Shown: positions 17,216-27,084, numbered from the stretch's first letter. The stretch is 64,000 nt of DNA from an uncultured Armatimonadetes bacterium (GCA_963800805.1 CAWDCK010000014.1:18170-82169); one strand, 5' to 3'. The notes: generated by a model from the sequence alone, not told the origin. Program-made: numbers and translations.

Positions 17216-19167
17216 GGTGTTAAGTGCTCCAAACGATAACTTGTCAAGTCGAGAGTGGATCGCAACCATGTCCCATCAGGGCATACAAGTGCAAACCACC
17301 AGGCCGATGGTCGATAGCCAGCTTTTTTGAGTCCTTCTGTAGCCACAATTGCTTCCCTAATCAATCGCAATCGCATCATTTCTGCCTCTAAACCAATATC
17401 ACGTCGCCTTTCTCTGATTCGCACCATTTCATGCGATGAAACTAGCGCTTCTTGAGCCATCGCTTGGTTTTGATATTGCGCCCTCAATTCTGTCAGTTGC
17501 AAATCAACTTCGAGCAAATCAATGTCAAATTGTGCCCTTCTCGCTAACTCAGAATCATCTGGACTCTGTTCAAAAATCGCACTTCGCCAATGCTCTCCTT
17601 TCGCGTGCTGAAGCGCATTCCGCCTCGATCTCGCCGCTCTCATTTTCAGGACGGTCTTCTTTTTTCGTCGTTTACTTTCGGAAAGTTCAAAAGCCAAAGT
17701 CTCAAGAAAATCCTGCATTCCTTCGTATTCCTGGGCGAGACACTTCCATTGACCACCAACTTGATCTTGTAAGAATCTTAAAAGCTCAAGTGGTCTGTTC
17801 AAATCTTTGAGCGATTCTAGTTGCGTTGCCTGTGTCGCCGAGACTTCTCGCCATCGAACCGCAAAACTTGGTGCACTTAGCTCCAAAGTGCCAAAAGGAC
17901 GTTGTAAAGGTTCTGGCAACTTTAACCATGCGCAACAGTTTGTCATTGCATCCCAAGGCTCATATTGGACTCTCATGATCGGATTAAGCCTCATTTCAAA
18001 TCCCGCCGACACTAGATTTCTCGCCATTTCCCCAGACCGCCATACATAGGCGCTGGCGCCTTCATGAAAGACAAATACAAACTCTTTTGCCAGCATGAGG
18101 ATGAGAGTAATTGCCTTACCAACTAAAACGATTTCTGATCCAAATTTTCTTTCTAAAACTTCTGCCAATTCTAGAGCAGATTCCGGTCGCTTTTTATACG
18201 AAAATCCCACTGGCGATTTCGTCATCAACAAGCCGCCTTTGGATCCCAACCTTAACGTACCACGACCAATTCCAGGAATATAGACATCAAATGGCAACGA
18301 ACCAGCTCCAAACCTATCTAATGGATAAATATCCGAACCAGCAACACAACTGTCGTAAGCGGTCTCTGTCTGCATTCGTGTCTTGGGATCAAGAAATAAA
18401 TCAAGTATTTTGAATCGTTCAAGATGCGATGTCTTAGTATTAAACTTTAAAAGCTGAGTGGTAGCGGAAGTGTCAAAATCAAGTGATTCCCCAATCAACA
18501 TTTCAGATATGGGCCGTATAAGCTCTTGAAAGAAGCTGCCCAAACTATCGTCGTCAACACGATCCACAGCGTCACAAACCATCGCCATAAATCTGTCGGC
18601 TGCTAGCAATGAGTCTGCATGGTGCTCTCCAGAAACTAAACGCAAACTTTCATCTATAGCCCATTTCAAAGTGTCATAAATAACCGGAAAAAGCTTAGAA
18701 AGTTTCTTTTCAGCGGTTATTCGCGATTCTTTGGATAACGAAACAACTCCACGCCAACCCCAGGCTTCCGTAATTTCATCTAAAAAACCGGGTCGAAGAT
18801 GCTCAACTTTGCTAACCTTTCCTCCTGATGCCGTTAATGCTTCACGAGTTACAACAGTCTCCGAACCGAAAAGGCAGCTCATTTCGCCTGCCGCGCTCCA
18901 TAAGTTTTGGGTCGTCGTGTCGTTGTGAGGCAATGCCACAAATCCTTGCAAATCTCTCTTACTTGTGAATTTCGCGAAGTAATCCGTATCGTGTACTCCC
19001 GCTACGAATTTTCTCTGAGATCCTAGTTGCCGAATCCTTTGCAGAACTCCCGCTTTCATGGGCTCATCCCAAAAAACTGTCTGACCTAAGGCAAGTAGCG
19101 CAGCATCTGGAGCGATTCGATCCAGTTCTGCTAATACACCTTTTAAGCAATTACAGTCAGATTCCAT
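17212..19167 (-). CDS. Large hypothetical protein with C-terminal coiled coil (possible remote BshC-like)
   Basis: 651-aa open frame with natural composition, translationally coupled to dapF. The function is inferred only. Confidence 0.75.
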   Translation of the reverse strand: MESDCNCLKGVLAELDRIAPDAALLALGQTVFWDEPMKAGVLQRIRQLGSQRKFVAGVHDTDYFAKFTSKRDLQGFVALPHNDTTTQNLWSAAGEMSCLFGSETVVTREALTASGGKVSKVEHLRPGFLDEITEAWGWRGVVSLSKESRITAEKKLSKLFPVIYDTLKWAIDESLRLVSGEHHADSLLAADRFMAMVCDAVDRVDDDSLGSFFQELIRPISEMLIGESLDFDTSATTQLLKFNTKTSHLERFKILDLFLDPKTRMQTETAYDSCVAGSDIYPLDRFGAGSLPFDVYIPGIGRGTLRLGSKGGLLMTKSPVGFSYKKRPESALELAEVLERKFGSEIVLVGKAITLILMLAKEFVFVFHEGASAYVWRSGEMARNLVSAGFEMRLNPIMRVQYEPWDAMTNCCAWLKLPEPLQRPFGTLELSAPSFAVRWREVSATQATQLESLKDLNRPLELLRFLQDQVGGQWKCLAQEYEGMQDFLETLAFELSESKRRKKKTVLKMRAARSRRNALQHAKGEHWRSAIFEQSPDDSELARRAQFDIDLLEVDLQLTELRAQYQNQAMAQEALVSSHEMVRIRERRRDIGLEAEMMRLRLIREAIVATEGLKKAGYRPSAWWFALVCPDGTWLRSTLDLTSYRLEHLTP

Positions 19168-19340
19168 TTATACAGTTCAGATGCCTATTTCTATAATCTA
19201 AGGTCAACACTATCAGTTCCCCAAGGTTTCTACGTCAATTTTTCCAACTCTCGACCCCTCAACCCTGGTTTTTTTGCGAGGTTTAGCCAATATACAAATT
19301 ATAACGGGTTCTTTGGAGCCAATTCGGAGTTCTCGAGTAA

Positions 19341-19619
19341 ATGAGTCGAAGCCAAAACGCAGCAAACGGCAAAGTAGTCAGCATTAGTATGGCATCCCAA
19401 ATTACGGGTGTTGAAGTGCATACCCTTCGATATTGGGAAAAAGAGTTTGAGGGCTACTTGGATCCTATTCGAACCGCTGGGGGCCAGCGCAGATATCGAG
19501 CGGAGGACATTCAAACCGTTTATGAACTGAAGATTCTGCTACGAGAGCAAATGTTTTCGATTGCTGGCGCACGGAAAGTCTTGTCCGAACGTCAATCAAG
19601 TTTCCGTCGAGCGGCTTAA
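19341..19619 (+). CDS. MerR-family HTH transcriptional regulator (DNA-binding domain only)
   Basis: SISMASQITGVEVHTLRYWEKEF...RTAGGQRRYRAEDI motif. Confidence 0.88.
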   Translation: MSRSQNAANGKVVSISMASQITGVEVHTLRYWEKEFEGYLDPIRTAGGQRRYRAEDIQTVYELKILLREQMFSIAGARKVLSERQSSFRRAA

Positions 19620-19626
19620 AAATACG

Positions 19627-20499
19627 TCAAGGAAGTTCCGGCTCATCTGGTTTTTCAATTTGCGCAACAGATTGGAGCTTGTTTAGCTTTTCTGTAAAAA
19701 TTGCAAGTGGACGATCTTCCAGCCCGGCGCTTTCTCCTTTGATTAGCCTATTCAACGCTGCACATTCGGCTTGACTAAAACGAACACTTCCCAAAATATG
19801 CTCTTCAAAAGCTTCGTAAGCTGCTGGGGCTACGGCTTTGGCACATTTAGCCATGGCTTCGGCATAAACTCTGATTTCATATTGCGCATGGGAATCCATT
19901 CGCAATTGCAAAAACCGAAACAAATTATGCAAATCGCATTGCCAATACCATTCTGTATACAAGTTCAATGGTAAATTCGTGCGAGCAATTTCTCTTGCCA
20001 GTCCTTTTTCGAGCATGCCTTCATAGTTCGAATATAAATGCTTTTGGTCTGCCTTAATCTCTTCAATCAATTCACTAGCTAAGGATTGATCAAGGGATTC
20101 ATCGGACCGAGCTTGCTTATTGTCAGAACTTTGAAACCGCATCTGATTAATTTCCGGGACATAAAATTCATCCTGCATCACCGAATACCGACCGCTAATC
20201 TCATTCAATCGCGCCGTGCGATGTCGAACCCATTGCCGGGCAACAAAAATTGGCATCTTACAATGGAATGTCAAGACAACTTGTTCAAAAGGACTCGTAT
20301 GCTCGTTTCTTAACAGGTAGTGAATCAAACCACGATCTTGGCGGTAGCTTTTAGTTCCGGAACCATAACTGACTCTTGCGGATTGGACAATTCGCTGATC
20401 TCCGCCCATATAGTCAACTAATCGAACAAATCCTTTGTCAAGAACCTTAATTTCTTGATCTAACAATGCTTCTGCTTCAGGAACTATCGTGCGGCCCAT
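19627..20499 (-). CDS. thyX: FAD-dependent thymidylate synthase
   Basis: HTSPFE, ThyX motif RHRTARLNEISGRY, AREIAR and HAQYEIR. Confidence 0.96.
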   Translation of the reverse strand: MGRTIVPEAEALLDQEIKVLDKGFVRLVDYMGGDQRIVQSARVSYGSGTKSYRQDRGLIHYLLRNEHTSPFEQVVLTFHCKMPIFVARQWVRHRTARLNEISGRYSVMQDEFYVPEINQMRFQSSDNKQARSDESLDQSLASELIEEIKADQKHLYSNYEGMLEKGLAREIARTNLPLNLYTEWYWQCDLHNLFRFLQLRMDSHAQYEIRVYAEAMAKCAKAVAPAAYEAFEEHILGSVRFSQAECAALNRLIKGESAGLEDRPLAIFTEKLNKLQSVAQIEKPDEPELP

Positions 20500-20552
20500 T
20501 GTCTCTATTCTGACACGAAGATAACTATTGTTCCGTCTCTAAACCCAGACCG

Positions 20553-21008
20553 ATGAATACTGGCACCAAAATCGGAATAATCATTGCTTGTGTGTTTTGC
20601 GTATTGTGTTGTGGTGGAGGAATGCTTATGCTTGGCCAGATTACCGATGCCGTTGGGAAAAAAGAGAACGAAGCCGCCAAATTTGGTGATCGTGCTATCC
20701 TCCAAATCCTCACTAAATATCAAGCGCGCGAGATCGTGTCTTTAGCCTCTCCTGATTACAAAGCCGAATTTGACTCCTCAGAATTTCAGGTTTCTTTAGA
20801 TAAATACAAGAAAGCGCTGGGAGCATTTCTGAGTGGCAAAGGATCTGCAAGTCCCGTACAAATTCAAAGTGCCGACGGAAAATCAACTTTAAAGATGGAA
20901 TACGTTAATCTGGCTACGTTTGAAAAAGGCGATGCCAGAGTTAATATGGAACTTGTCATGATCGAAGATGTTTGGAAAATCAATCGATTCGGACTCGAAC
21001 CAAGATAA
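20553..21008 (+). CDS. Hypothetical membrane-anchored protein, NTF2-like fold
   Basis: N-terminal TM ending in CVLCCGGG, and C-terminal VNMELVMIEDVWKINRF typical of SnoaL/NTF2-like proteins (inference). Confidence 0.65.
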   Translation: MNTGTKIGIIIACVFCVLCCGGGMLMLGQITDAVGKKENEAAKFGDRAILQILTKYQAREIVSLASPDYKAEFDSSEFQVSLDKYKKALGAFLSGKGSASPVQIQSADGKSTLKMEYVNLATFEKGDARVNMELVMIEDVWKINRFGLEPR

Positions 21009-21009
21009 T

Positions 21010-21603
21010 CTATTGAGGAATCATCTTTAGAAAATTGCCAATCATTTCCATTCCGCCCTCAGAAAGGATTGATTCCGGATGAAACTGAACGCCTTCAATC
21101 ATTTTTGACTGATGTCGTAATCCCATGATCTCTTGATCATCAGTACTGCGAGCGGTGATCAAGTACTCCGAAGGCAGACTCGATTCTTCAATAACTAATG
21201 AATGGTAGCGGATTGATTTCAAGGGCGAATGAAGCCCTTCAAACACGCCTTTACTATCGTGCTTAACCAAACTGCTTTTTCCATGCATCATTGTTCTGGC
21301 CCGGCGAATCTCGCCACCGGCCTCAAATCCCATCGCTTCCATTCCTAAACAGACTCCAAAAATGGGAATGGCCAAAAAAGGACTCTCCGATCCTCTCGCT
21401 GCTTTTAAGATATCTAGGCAGACTCCACTTTCTTCCGGAGTACATGGCCCAGGAGAAAGAAGGATTCCGCTAGCACGAAGTTGTACGACATCATTCAAAT
21501 CTAATTGATCGTTTCGAAAAACTTTTACTTGTGCCCCATTTCGACCAAGATATTGAACCAAATTGTAAGTAAAACTGTCGAAATTATCAATAACTAAGAT
21601 CAC
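21010..21603 (-). CDS. trpG: Anthranilate/aminodeoxychorismate synthase glutamine amidotransferase component II (TrpG/PabA)
   Basis: IDNFDSFTYNL, SPGPCTP, GVCLG, RYHSL and QFHPES motifs. trpG and pabA cannot be distinguished here. Confidence 0.88.
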   Translation of the reverse strand: MILVIDNFDSFTYNLVQYLGRNGAQVKVFRNDQLDLNDVVQLRASGILLSPGPCTPEESGVCLDILKAARGSESPFLAIPIFGVCLGMEAMGFEAGGEIRRARTMMHGKSSLVKHDSKGVFEGLHSPLKSIRYHSLVIEESSLPSEYLITARSTDDQEIMGLRHQSKMIEGVQFHPESILSEGGMEMIGNFLKMIPQ

Positions 21604-21733
21604 ACAACCACCTATTACAAAAAGATTTGCTTGCCCAAATTGTTAAAAAACAGTATGAACCATGTTCAATCATGTACAATCTCAAGCGTTCATCAAAGTG
21701 ATGGGCAAATAAAGTTCACGGAGGAACAAATAT

Positions 21734-21823
21734 ATGGGCAAAGGATTGTCATTACTCGACGTACTCATGGTACTGTCTGCTGCGATTTTACTCTACGCGG
21801 TTATCATTCCATTTTTCAAATAG
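21734..21823 (+). CDS. 29-aa prepilin-like microprotein (class III signal + hydrophobic helix only)
   Basis: SD GGAGG at 21720-24, 9 nt before ATG. Translation MGKG|LSLLDVLMVLSAAILLYAVIIPFFK has an acidic residue at +5 and Pro at +22. Confidence 0.65.
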   Translation: MGKGLSLLDVLMVLSAAILLYAVIIPFFK

Positions 21824-22297
21824 AAAGTTGCTGGGTTCAAACGTCCTAAGTTTCTGATTGTGGTCCTAATTACATCCCGAGCCTTAGCCTGTTCTTAACA
21901 TTGCGAGGGAAATTGAGTTCGCAGCTGGTGCCGCACAAATACCGCAACGAAGGTGATTTAAAAGGGGCGAGATCTAGCGCGATTACAACAAGCAGTTCAT
22001 TGCGCGAGAAGTTAGATTCTTGCGCTTTTTTTTGTCAGTTTAATGATGGAAGATTTGGCTCTAGAGGAACAAAACCATTCTGATTAGAAAGGAGTAATGC
22101 AACCCAAATCGAATAGTCAAAATTTAATTGATACTCTGCCTAAATCTCCTGATCTTTTTTTTTTTAACTCTCGTGCAGAAAGACGACTTCCCACGAAAGG
22201 TTGTGGGGAAAAGTAGAAAGCAAGAGAAAAACACCAACATCTAGCGTTTGAAGTAGGTTGCTGACAAATTGAGTTCAAAACCAAATTCTGAGTGAAC

Positions 22298-23416
22298 TCA
22301 TTTAATCTTCAGAACAGGAGCATAGAGAAATTGACGAATACCTTTTTCGTTCAGACCACCAAAGTCCCACACCAGTCGAAACTCCGGACTAAAGCGAACC
22401 TGATATTGACTTAACTCTTTTCCAGTCAATGGCATCCCGGGCGTCTCAGTTTTTAAAAATTTAAATTGATCTGCTCGGTAGTACTTTCCAAAAACGTCCG
22501 ATTCAAACTCATCACCAAAAACATACGCAACATCCGATTCAATTCCGTCTTTCCCAAGTCGCTCCATGAGAGAACTGGCGATATCAGTTTTCCCAGGATT
22601 TTCAATTACTGAAATGCCAATGCCAGGATCAGCTACAGCTTCAACTATTTCTAAAAGATCTTGAGGATTAAACGCTCCAGAAACAAAAACTTTAGAATTC
22701 AGCAGTCTGGGATCTATTTTTATTGCCTTTTGATTCAAAGCACCAGCGCGCTTTACAAACTCTTCAAGCTCAATTATCTTGCCTTGTCCATAGTCAATCG
22801 AACCCTCCCTTAAATTATTGATCGGACCCATTATCTGAGATGAATTGGCATTTTGTGAGTATGAATCAACAGTTTTTTTAGGCGTTCGACCATCGACCCA
22901 TGTTTCACAAATCTTGGATCCATTTAGATCGGTCACATTCGCTCCAAATGTAACTGATAAAAATAACTTTTGGGGGCTATTTCCTGCGATGGCTTTATCC
23001 CAACCTCCAGGAGGCATATTTGCCATTCTCAATATTCCAGTACGGAGTTCTGAGTCCAGATCATTCAATGAAATCCCTTCTGACTTCATCCTATACAAAT
23101 CTTCGCTCCTCATTTTCTGGAGCCAACCGATGGTTTTTTCCCGATCCAGCTCTGTCCGAATTGGACTCAAATCAGGCATTAAAACATAATGACCACTGAC
23201 TGCTTTGATTTGACATTGACTACTACTTGCCAATACTTCCAAGCCATACATTCCCATCGGCGTGCTGGGAAACTTTCGAATTGGACACTTCTCGGGCATT
23301 ACAAAAACAATGCTGGCTCTTTCACGCTGGCAATAAGAAGCAAGAAGTTGTTCTTGTGATTGTTCAGAAGCCGTTAACGACTCTATCAACAATGCCGGAA
23401 TCAAAAAGTTAATCAT
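22298..23416 (-). CDS. Hypothetical exported protein
   Basis: 372-aa open frame with a hydrophobic N-terminus; ATG immediately follows the upstream TAA. Confidence 0.7.
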   Translation of the reverse strand: MINFLIPALLIESLTASEQSQEQLLASYCQRERASIVFVMPEKCPIRKFPSTPMGMYGLEVLASSSQCQIKAVSGHYVLMPDLSPIRTELDREKTIGWLQKMRSEDLYRMKSEGISLNDLDSELRTGILRMANMPPGGWDKAIAGNSPQKLFLSVTFGANVTDLNGSKICETWVDGRTPKKTVDSYSQNANSSQIMGPINNLREGSIDYGQGKIIELEEFVKRAGALNQKAIKIDPRLLNSKVFVSGAFNPQDLLEIVEAVADPGIGISVIENPGKTDIASSLMERLGKDGIESDVAYVFGDEFESDVFGKYYRADQFKFLKTETPGMPLTGKELSQYQVRFSPEFRLVWDFGGLNEKGIRQFLYAPVLKIK

Positions 23417-23962
23417 TTAATCACCGGCTCCGCCCGATACCGTACAAGGGGTTTTGGACTGTGAAATAGTTTCGTATCCAACGGCAGTTAAAGCGGGCAA
23501 GTCACATTGTCCATTTATCGTGCAAGATACTTCAGGATTCTGCCAATGCCACTTAAGTTTTGCACCGCCAATACAGGAATTCCCATCAACAGGAGCATAA
23601 ACATTAAGAATGATAGGATTACTGGTTGGTGGTGCAGGAGCTCTCATAACACACTTACCATTTATTCCACAAGTCCCTGTATATCTAATCTCAGGCACTG
23701 GAATCGTAAAGTGAGCATATCCACCATTTGGATCACAAATACACACTGGGCCCTCAAAAATTATTGTTTGCTCACCAATATAGAGCCCATCTTCTACATA
23801 AGTTGTTATTGCTGAAACAGATCGTACAGTTGCTTGTACGATAATTCCTGTCGGTGGTGGGTCATCAAGGCCCGATGTAGCTACACCAGCAAACCCAAGT
23901 GCGCATCCAAGTACGACCGAACAAATGCCCAAAATACAACGCTGTATCATCCCTTTTGACAT
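23417..23962 (-). CDS. Hypothetical Cys-rich secreted protein
   Basis: Likely ATG at 23962 or 23950, N-terminal signal/TM helix, and 8 Cys in the mature part including two CxINGxC motifs. Confidence 0.7.
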   Translation of the reverse strand: MSKGMIQRCILGICSVVLGCALGFAGVATSGLDDPPPTGIIVQATVRSVSAITTYVEDGLYIGEQTIIFEGPVCICDPNGGYAHFTIPVPEIRYTGTCGINGKCVMRAPAPPTSNPIILNVYAPVDGNSCIGGAKLKWHWQNPEVSCTINGQCDLPALTAVGYETISQSKTPCTVSGGAGD

Positions 23963-24059
23963 ATAAGTCAAGCGAAAGTATAACTTTGGCGCAAGTAAGA
24001 CCCAGGACAAACGCGCGTGTAACTAACAATCACCCACAAGGTACTAACACTAAAGGATA

Positions 24060-25880
24060 CTAATCTGAAGATCGTCGTTCGGCAACTCTACGCTCACTAT
24101 GATCCAAAACCTTTTTACGGAATCTTAAAAGCTTCGGTGTACATTCTAAAAGTTCATCATCTCGCAACCAACTCAGTGCTTGCTCCAAACTAAACTCTTT
24201 GTGAGCCTTCAAAGCAGTAGTGTCATCGCTAGTTGCAGACCTCATATTGTTTGCTGCTTTAGATTTCGTCACGTTTACAATCATGTCGTCATCCCTTGCG
24301 TTCTGGCCAATAATCATTCCGGGATAGACATCTGTAGAAACTGGATAGAAAAATATTCCCCGTTCCATCACGTCTTCGTATGCGTAACGAGTAATTTTTC
24401 CAGCATCTTTAGAAATTAGACTTCCGTTGACTCGACTTTGAATCGAGCCCCGATACTTTTCATAACCTTCGAAAACCGTTGACATAATGCCAGTTCCTCG
24501 AGTTAAAGTTAAATATGTTGACCGGAAACCAATGATTCCACGCGTCGGAATAGAGGCCGTTAAATGACTTCGACCATTTCCGAGTGTTCCCATGTCTTGA
24601 ATTTCCCCTTTCCTTCGGCTCAATTCTTCCATGACTGAACCAAGAGCTTCATCCTCAAATTCACAAGTTAATTGTTCAATTGGCTCAAGGCGTCCAAGTT
24701 CATTTTCTCGGTAGATAACTTGAGGACGTGCAATAGCCATTTCAAAGCCTTCTCGACGCATAGTTTCGATCAAAACGGATAATTGCATTTCACCACGGGC
24801 AGCAATTCGCACAGTATCAGCCGGCGCAGTCTTATCAATCGTCAAACTGACGCTAACTGTTTCTTCTTTCTCCATTCGCTCCCGAATTTTTTGAATAGTT
24901 AAGAATTTCCCACCATCTTTGCCGCTCAAAGGCGAAGTGTTTGCATAGAAATTCATCGTCAACGTGCTAGGCTCAACTTCGATTCTTGGCATTGGCTCAA
25001 CAAATTGAGCGTCGCATACAGTATCACCAATCAATACGTCACTGATTCCCGCAATCATAACAATTTCGCCGGCTTCTCCGACTTCAATTTCTTCGAGCTT
25101 TAATCCAACATATCGCCAAACTTTTGTAACGTTAAACCCAATATGCTTGCCATCGACGTTAACCTGAGTCATGCGATCGCCGGCCCGAATTCTGCCCCGC
25201 AATAACTTACCGCCAAACATTTTCCCCAAGTAATCGCTATGGTCGAGATTATTGACCTGCAGTTTTGATGGACCTTCTTCCTGAACTTTAGGTGGAGGAA
25301 TCTCTCGGACAATGGCTTCAAATAAGTGGCGCATATCAGAATCGGTATCTTCCGGATTCAACCGAGCAAATCCCCCTGCTCCACTTGTGTAAATCACAGG
25401 AAAATCTAAATCTTCTTCTTCTGCACCTAAGTCGATAAATAAGTCAATCGTCTTGTCATATGCGTCTGCCGGACGGGCACCTTCTCGATCAATTTTATTA
25501 ACACAAACAATGACCTTACAGCCATTGTCCAATGCCTTTTTCAAGACAAACCTAGTCTGCGGCATTGGCCCTTCGTTGGCATCAACAATAAGCAAAACGC
25601 CGTCAACCATGCTCATGACCCGCTCAACTTCTCCACCAAAATCGGCGTGACCAGGAGTGTCAACTATGTTAATCTTTGTTCCACTGTAGTTGCAACTTGC
25701 AACTTTGGAAAGAATCGTAATTCCTCTTTCGCGCTCAAGATCATTACTGTCCATCATTCGATCGCTAACAGCTTCATTCTCGCGAAACATTCCCGATTGT
25801 TTAAAGATCGCATCGACCAACGTTGTCTTTCCATGATCAACGTGAGCGATAATTCCAAGGTTACGAATGTTTTCAGACAT
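24060..25880 (-). CDS. typA: Translational GTPase TypA/BipA
   Basis: IAHVDHGKTT, ERGITI, DTPGHADFGGEVER and NKID motifs. The likely start is ATG 25880 (MSENIRN). Confidence 0.97.
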   Translation of the reverse strand: MSENIRNLGIIAHVDHGKTTLVDAIFKQSGMFRENEAVSDRMMDSNDLERERGITILSKVASCNYSGTKINIVDTPGHADFGGEVERVMSMVDGVLLIVDANEGPMPQTRFVLKKALDNGCKVIVCVNKIDREGARPADAYDKTIDLFIDLGAEEEDLDFPVIYTSGAGGFARLNPEDTDSDMRHLFEAIVREIPPPKVQEEGPSKLQVNNLDHSDYLGKMFGGKLLRGRIRAGDRMTQVNVDGKHIGFNVTKVWRYVGLKLEEIEVGEAGEIVMIAGISDVLIGDTVCDAQFVEPMPRIEVEPSTLTMNFYANTSPLSGKDGGKFLTIQKIRERMEKEETVSVSLTIDKTAPADTVRIAARGEMQLSVLIETMRREGFEMAIARPQVIYRENELGRLEPIEQLTCEFEDEALGSVMEELSRRKGEIQDMGTLGNGRSHLTASIPTRGIIGFRSTYLTLTRGTGIMSTVFEGYEKYRGSIQSRVNGSLISKDAGKITRYAYEDVMERGIFFYPVSTDVYPGMIIGQNARDDDMIVNVTKSKAANNMRSATSDDTTALKAHKEFSLEQALSWLRDDELLECTPKLLRFRKKVLDHSERRVAERRSSD

Positions 25881-25944
25881 GACGGGAAGCCGTAAGGTAC
25901 CGCTTTTGAGTCTTTTCCAAATCAGACCAGACCCGACTACAGGT

Positions 25945-27036
25945 TCAAACTTGAGATAATCGAGCCTTTCGAGCACGAAAGAACTTCAATGCCAAGCCAC
26001 CGAAGAATAGAATTCCACCTCCAATCCAAAGTAATTTCAAACCGTTTTCTTGTGGATTTTCCAAAGAAGTTGAAACGCGGAATGGAGGAACCGGAACGTA
26101 ATCATCAAAAAAGTCCTTATCAGTATCTGGATGCTGACCCATTGAAAGCTTTTGAGAAACAAAATCGGTGTAATGAGCACGAAACTCATCGCCGTTTTTG
26201 CGCATTTCTCCAAAGTTTTTCAAATTACTCTCTTTAAACTTATCCTCTAACATGTAAGAAAAAGTAAATCGGTTTAAGAATGCATCTTCGAATCGAGAAC
26301 GTTGGCCTTCAGATTCGAGTTCTGAGATTCTGAGGTCAATCAAATGAGCTGTCTGCCCGGCATCTAGATCTAATGAAATTTTCAACAAATGGAACATATC
26401 AATCGAGTTCCAGCCGTTGCCAATTGCCATGATTCCTAAGACTCCCTCTCGAAAAGCTTTTCGATCTTCATCCGTTTGCAAAAATTCTTCAAAAAGGTCT
26501 GAATTGGGTTCTAATAATTCCATAAGGACGGCAATTTGAACCCACTCACGGCCAAAATGAGCATCGGGATTGATTTCCACCGCTAACTTAAGATCATCAA
26601 TTCCTCGTTGCACATTTTTGCGGAAATCTTCACCATTTGCTGCCAATCCCATATGAGCGTAAAACGTTCCGCGATTGGCATACAATCGATATTCAGCTTC
26701 GGCTCTTGCTTTTTCATCTAGTTTCAATTTGGAAAGAGCAATTTTCTTTTTAACCATCAAATCAATTGCATCGGCATGTCGATTCAACTTGTCGCATGCA
26801 ACGGCGGCATCATCGAACTCGCCAAGACTCCAATCCGATTCCGGTTTCAGTTTTAGCCGTTCCAGCCGTATTTCGTAGTACTTATCCGGGGGCCTCTCAA
26901 ATCGCCCCGATACTGCATCTTGGATTCCTGGCAACCCTTTGAGCTCAAATTTAAGCGTATCAATATCCCAAGCGCAACCGAAAACCTGAATTGATCCAAT
27001 TAAAAGGAATAGTAGGCAAGTTAAAATTCTCCACAT
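25945..27036 (-). CDS. Hypothetical exported TPR-like protein (CAWDxDTL N-terminus, C-terminal TM anchor)
   Basis: Signal peptide, helical repeats (YANRGTFYAH...AVEINPDAHFGRE), and a C-terminal TM followed by a basic tail. Confidence 0.7.
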   Translation of the reverse strand: MWRILTCLLFLLIGSIQVFGCAWDIDTLKFELKGLPGIQDAVSGRFERPPDKYYEIRLERLKLKPESDWSLGEFDDAAVACDKLNRHADAIDLMVKKKIALSKLKLDEKARAEAEYRLYANRGTFYAHMGLAANGEDFRKNVQRGIDDLKLAVEINPDAHFGREWVQIAVLMELLEPNSDLFEEFLQTDEDRKAFREGVLGIMAIGNGWNSIDMFHLLKISLDLDAGQTAHLIDLRISELESEGQRSRFEDAFLNRFTFSYMLEDKFKESNLKNFGEMRKNGDEFRAHYTDFVSQKLSMGQHPDTDKDFFDDYVPVPPFRVSTSLENPQENGLKLLWIGGGILFFGGLALKFFRARKARLSQV

Positions 27037-27084
27037 AACGATTGTTCTCAATTTCGCTTGACGTGAGAAAGAAAAGTTTCTAAA

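Noticed and set aside
21657-21669. TGAAC-CAT-GTTCA palindrome as a LexA box
   Set aside because: The spacing is N3, not the N4 of the GAAC-N4-GTTC box. It may be another operator, but a single instance is not supportable.
21631-21849. 72-aa ORF from the track
   Set aside because: It has no recognisable features or SD. The out-of-frame 29-aa ORF has the strong SD and a coherent motif.
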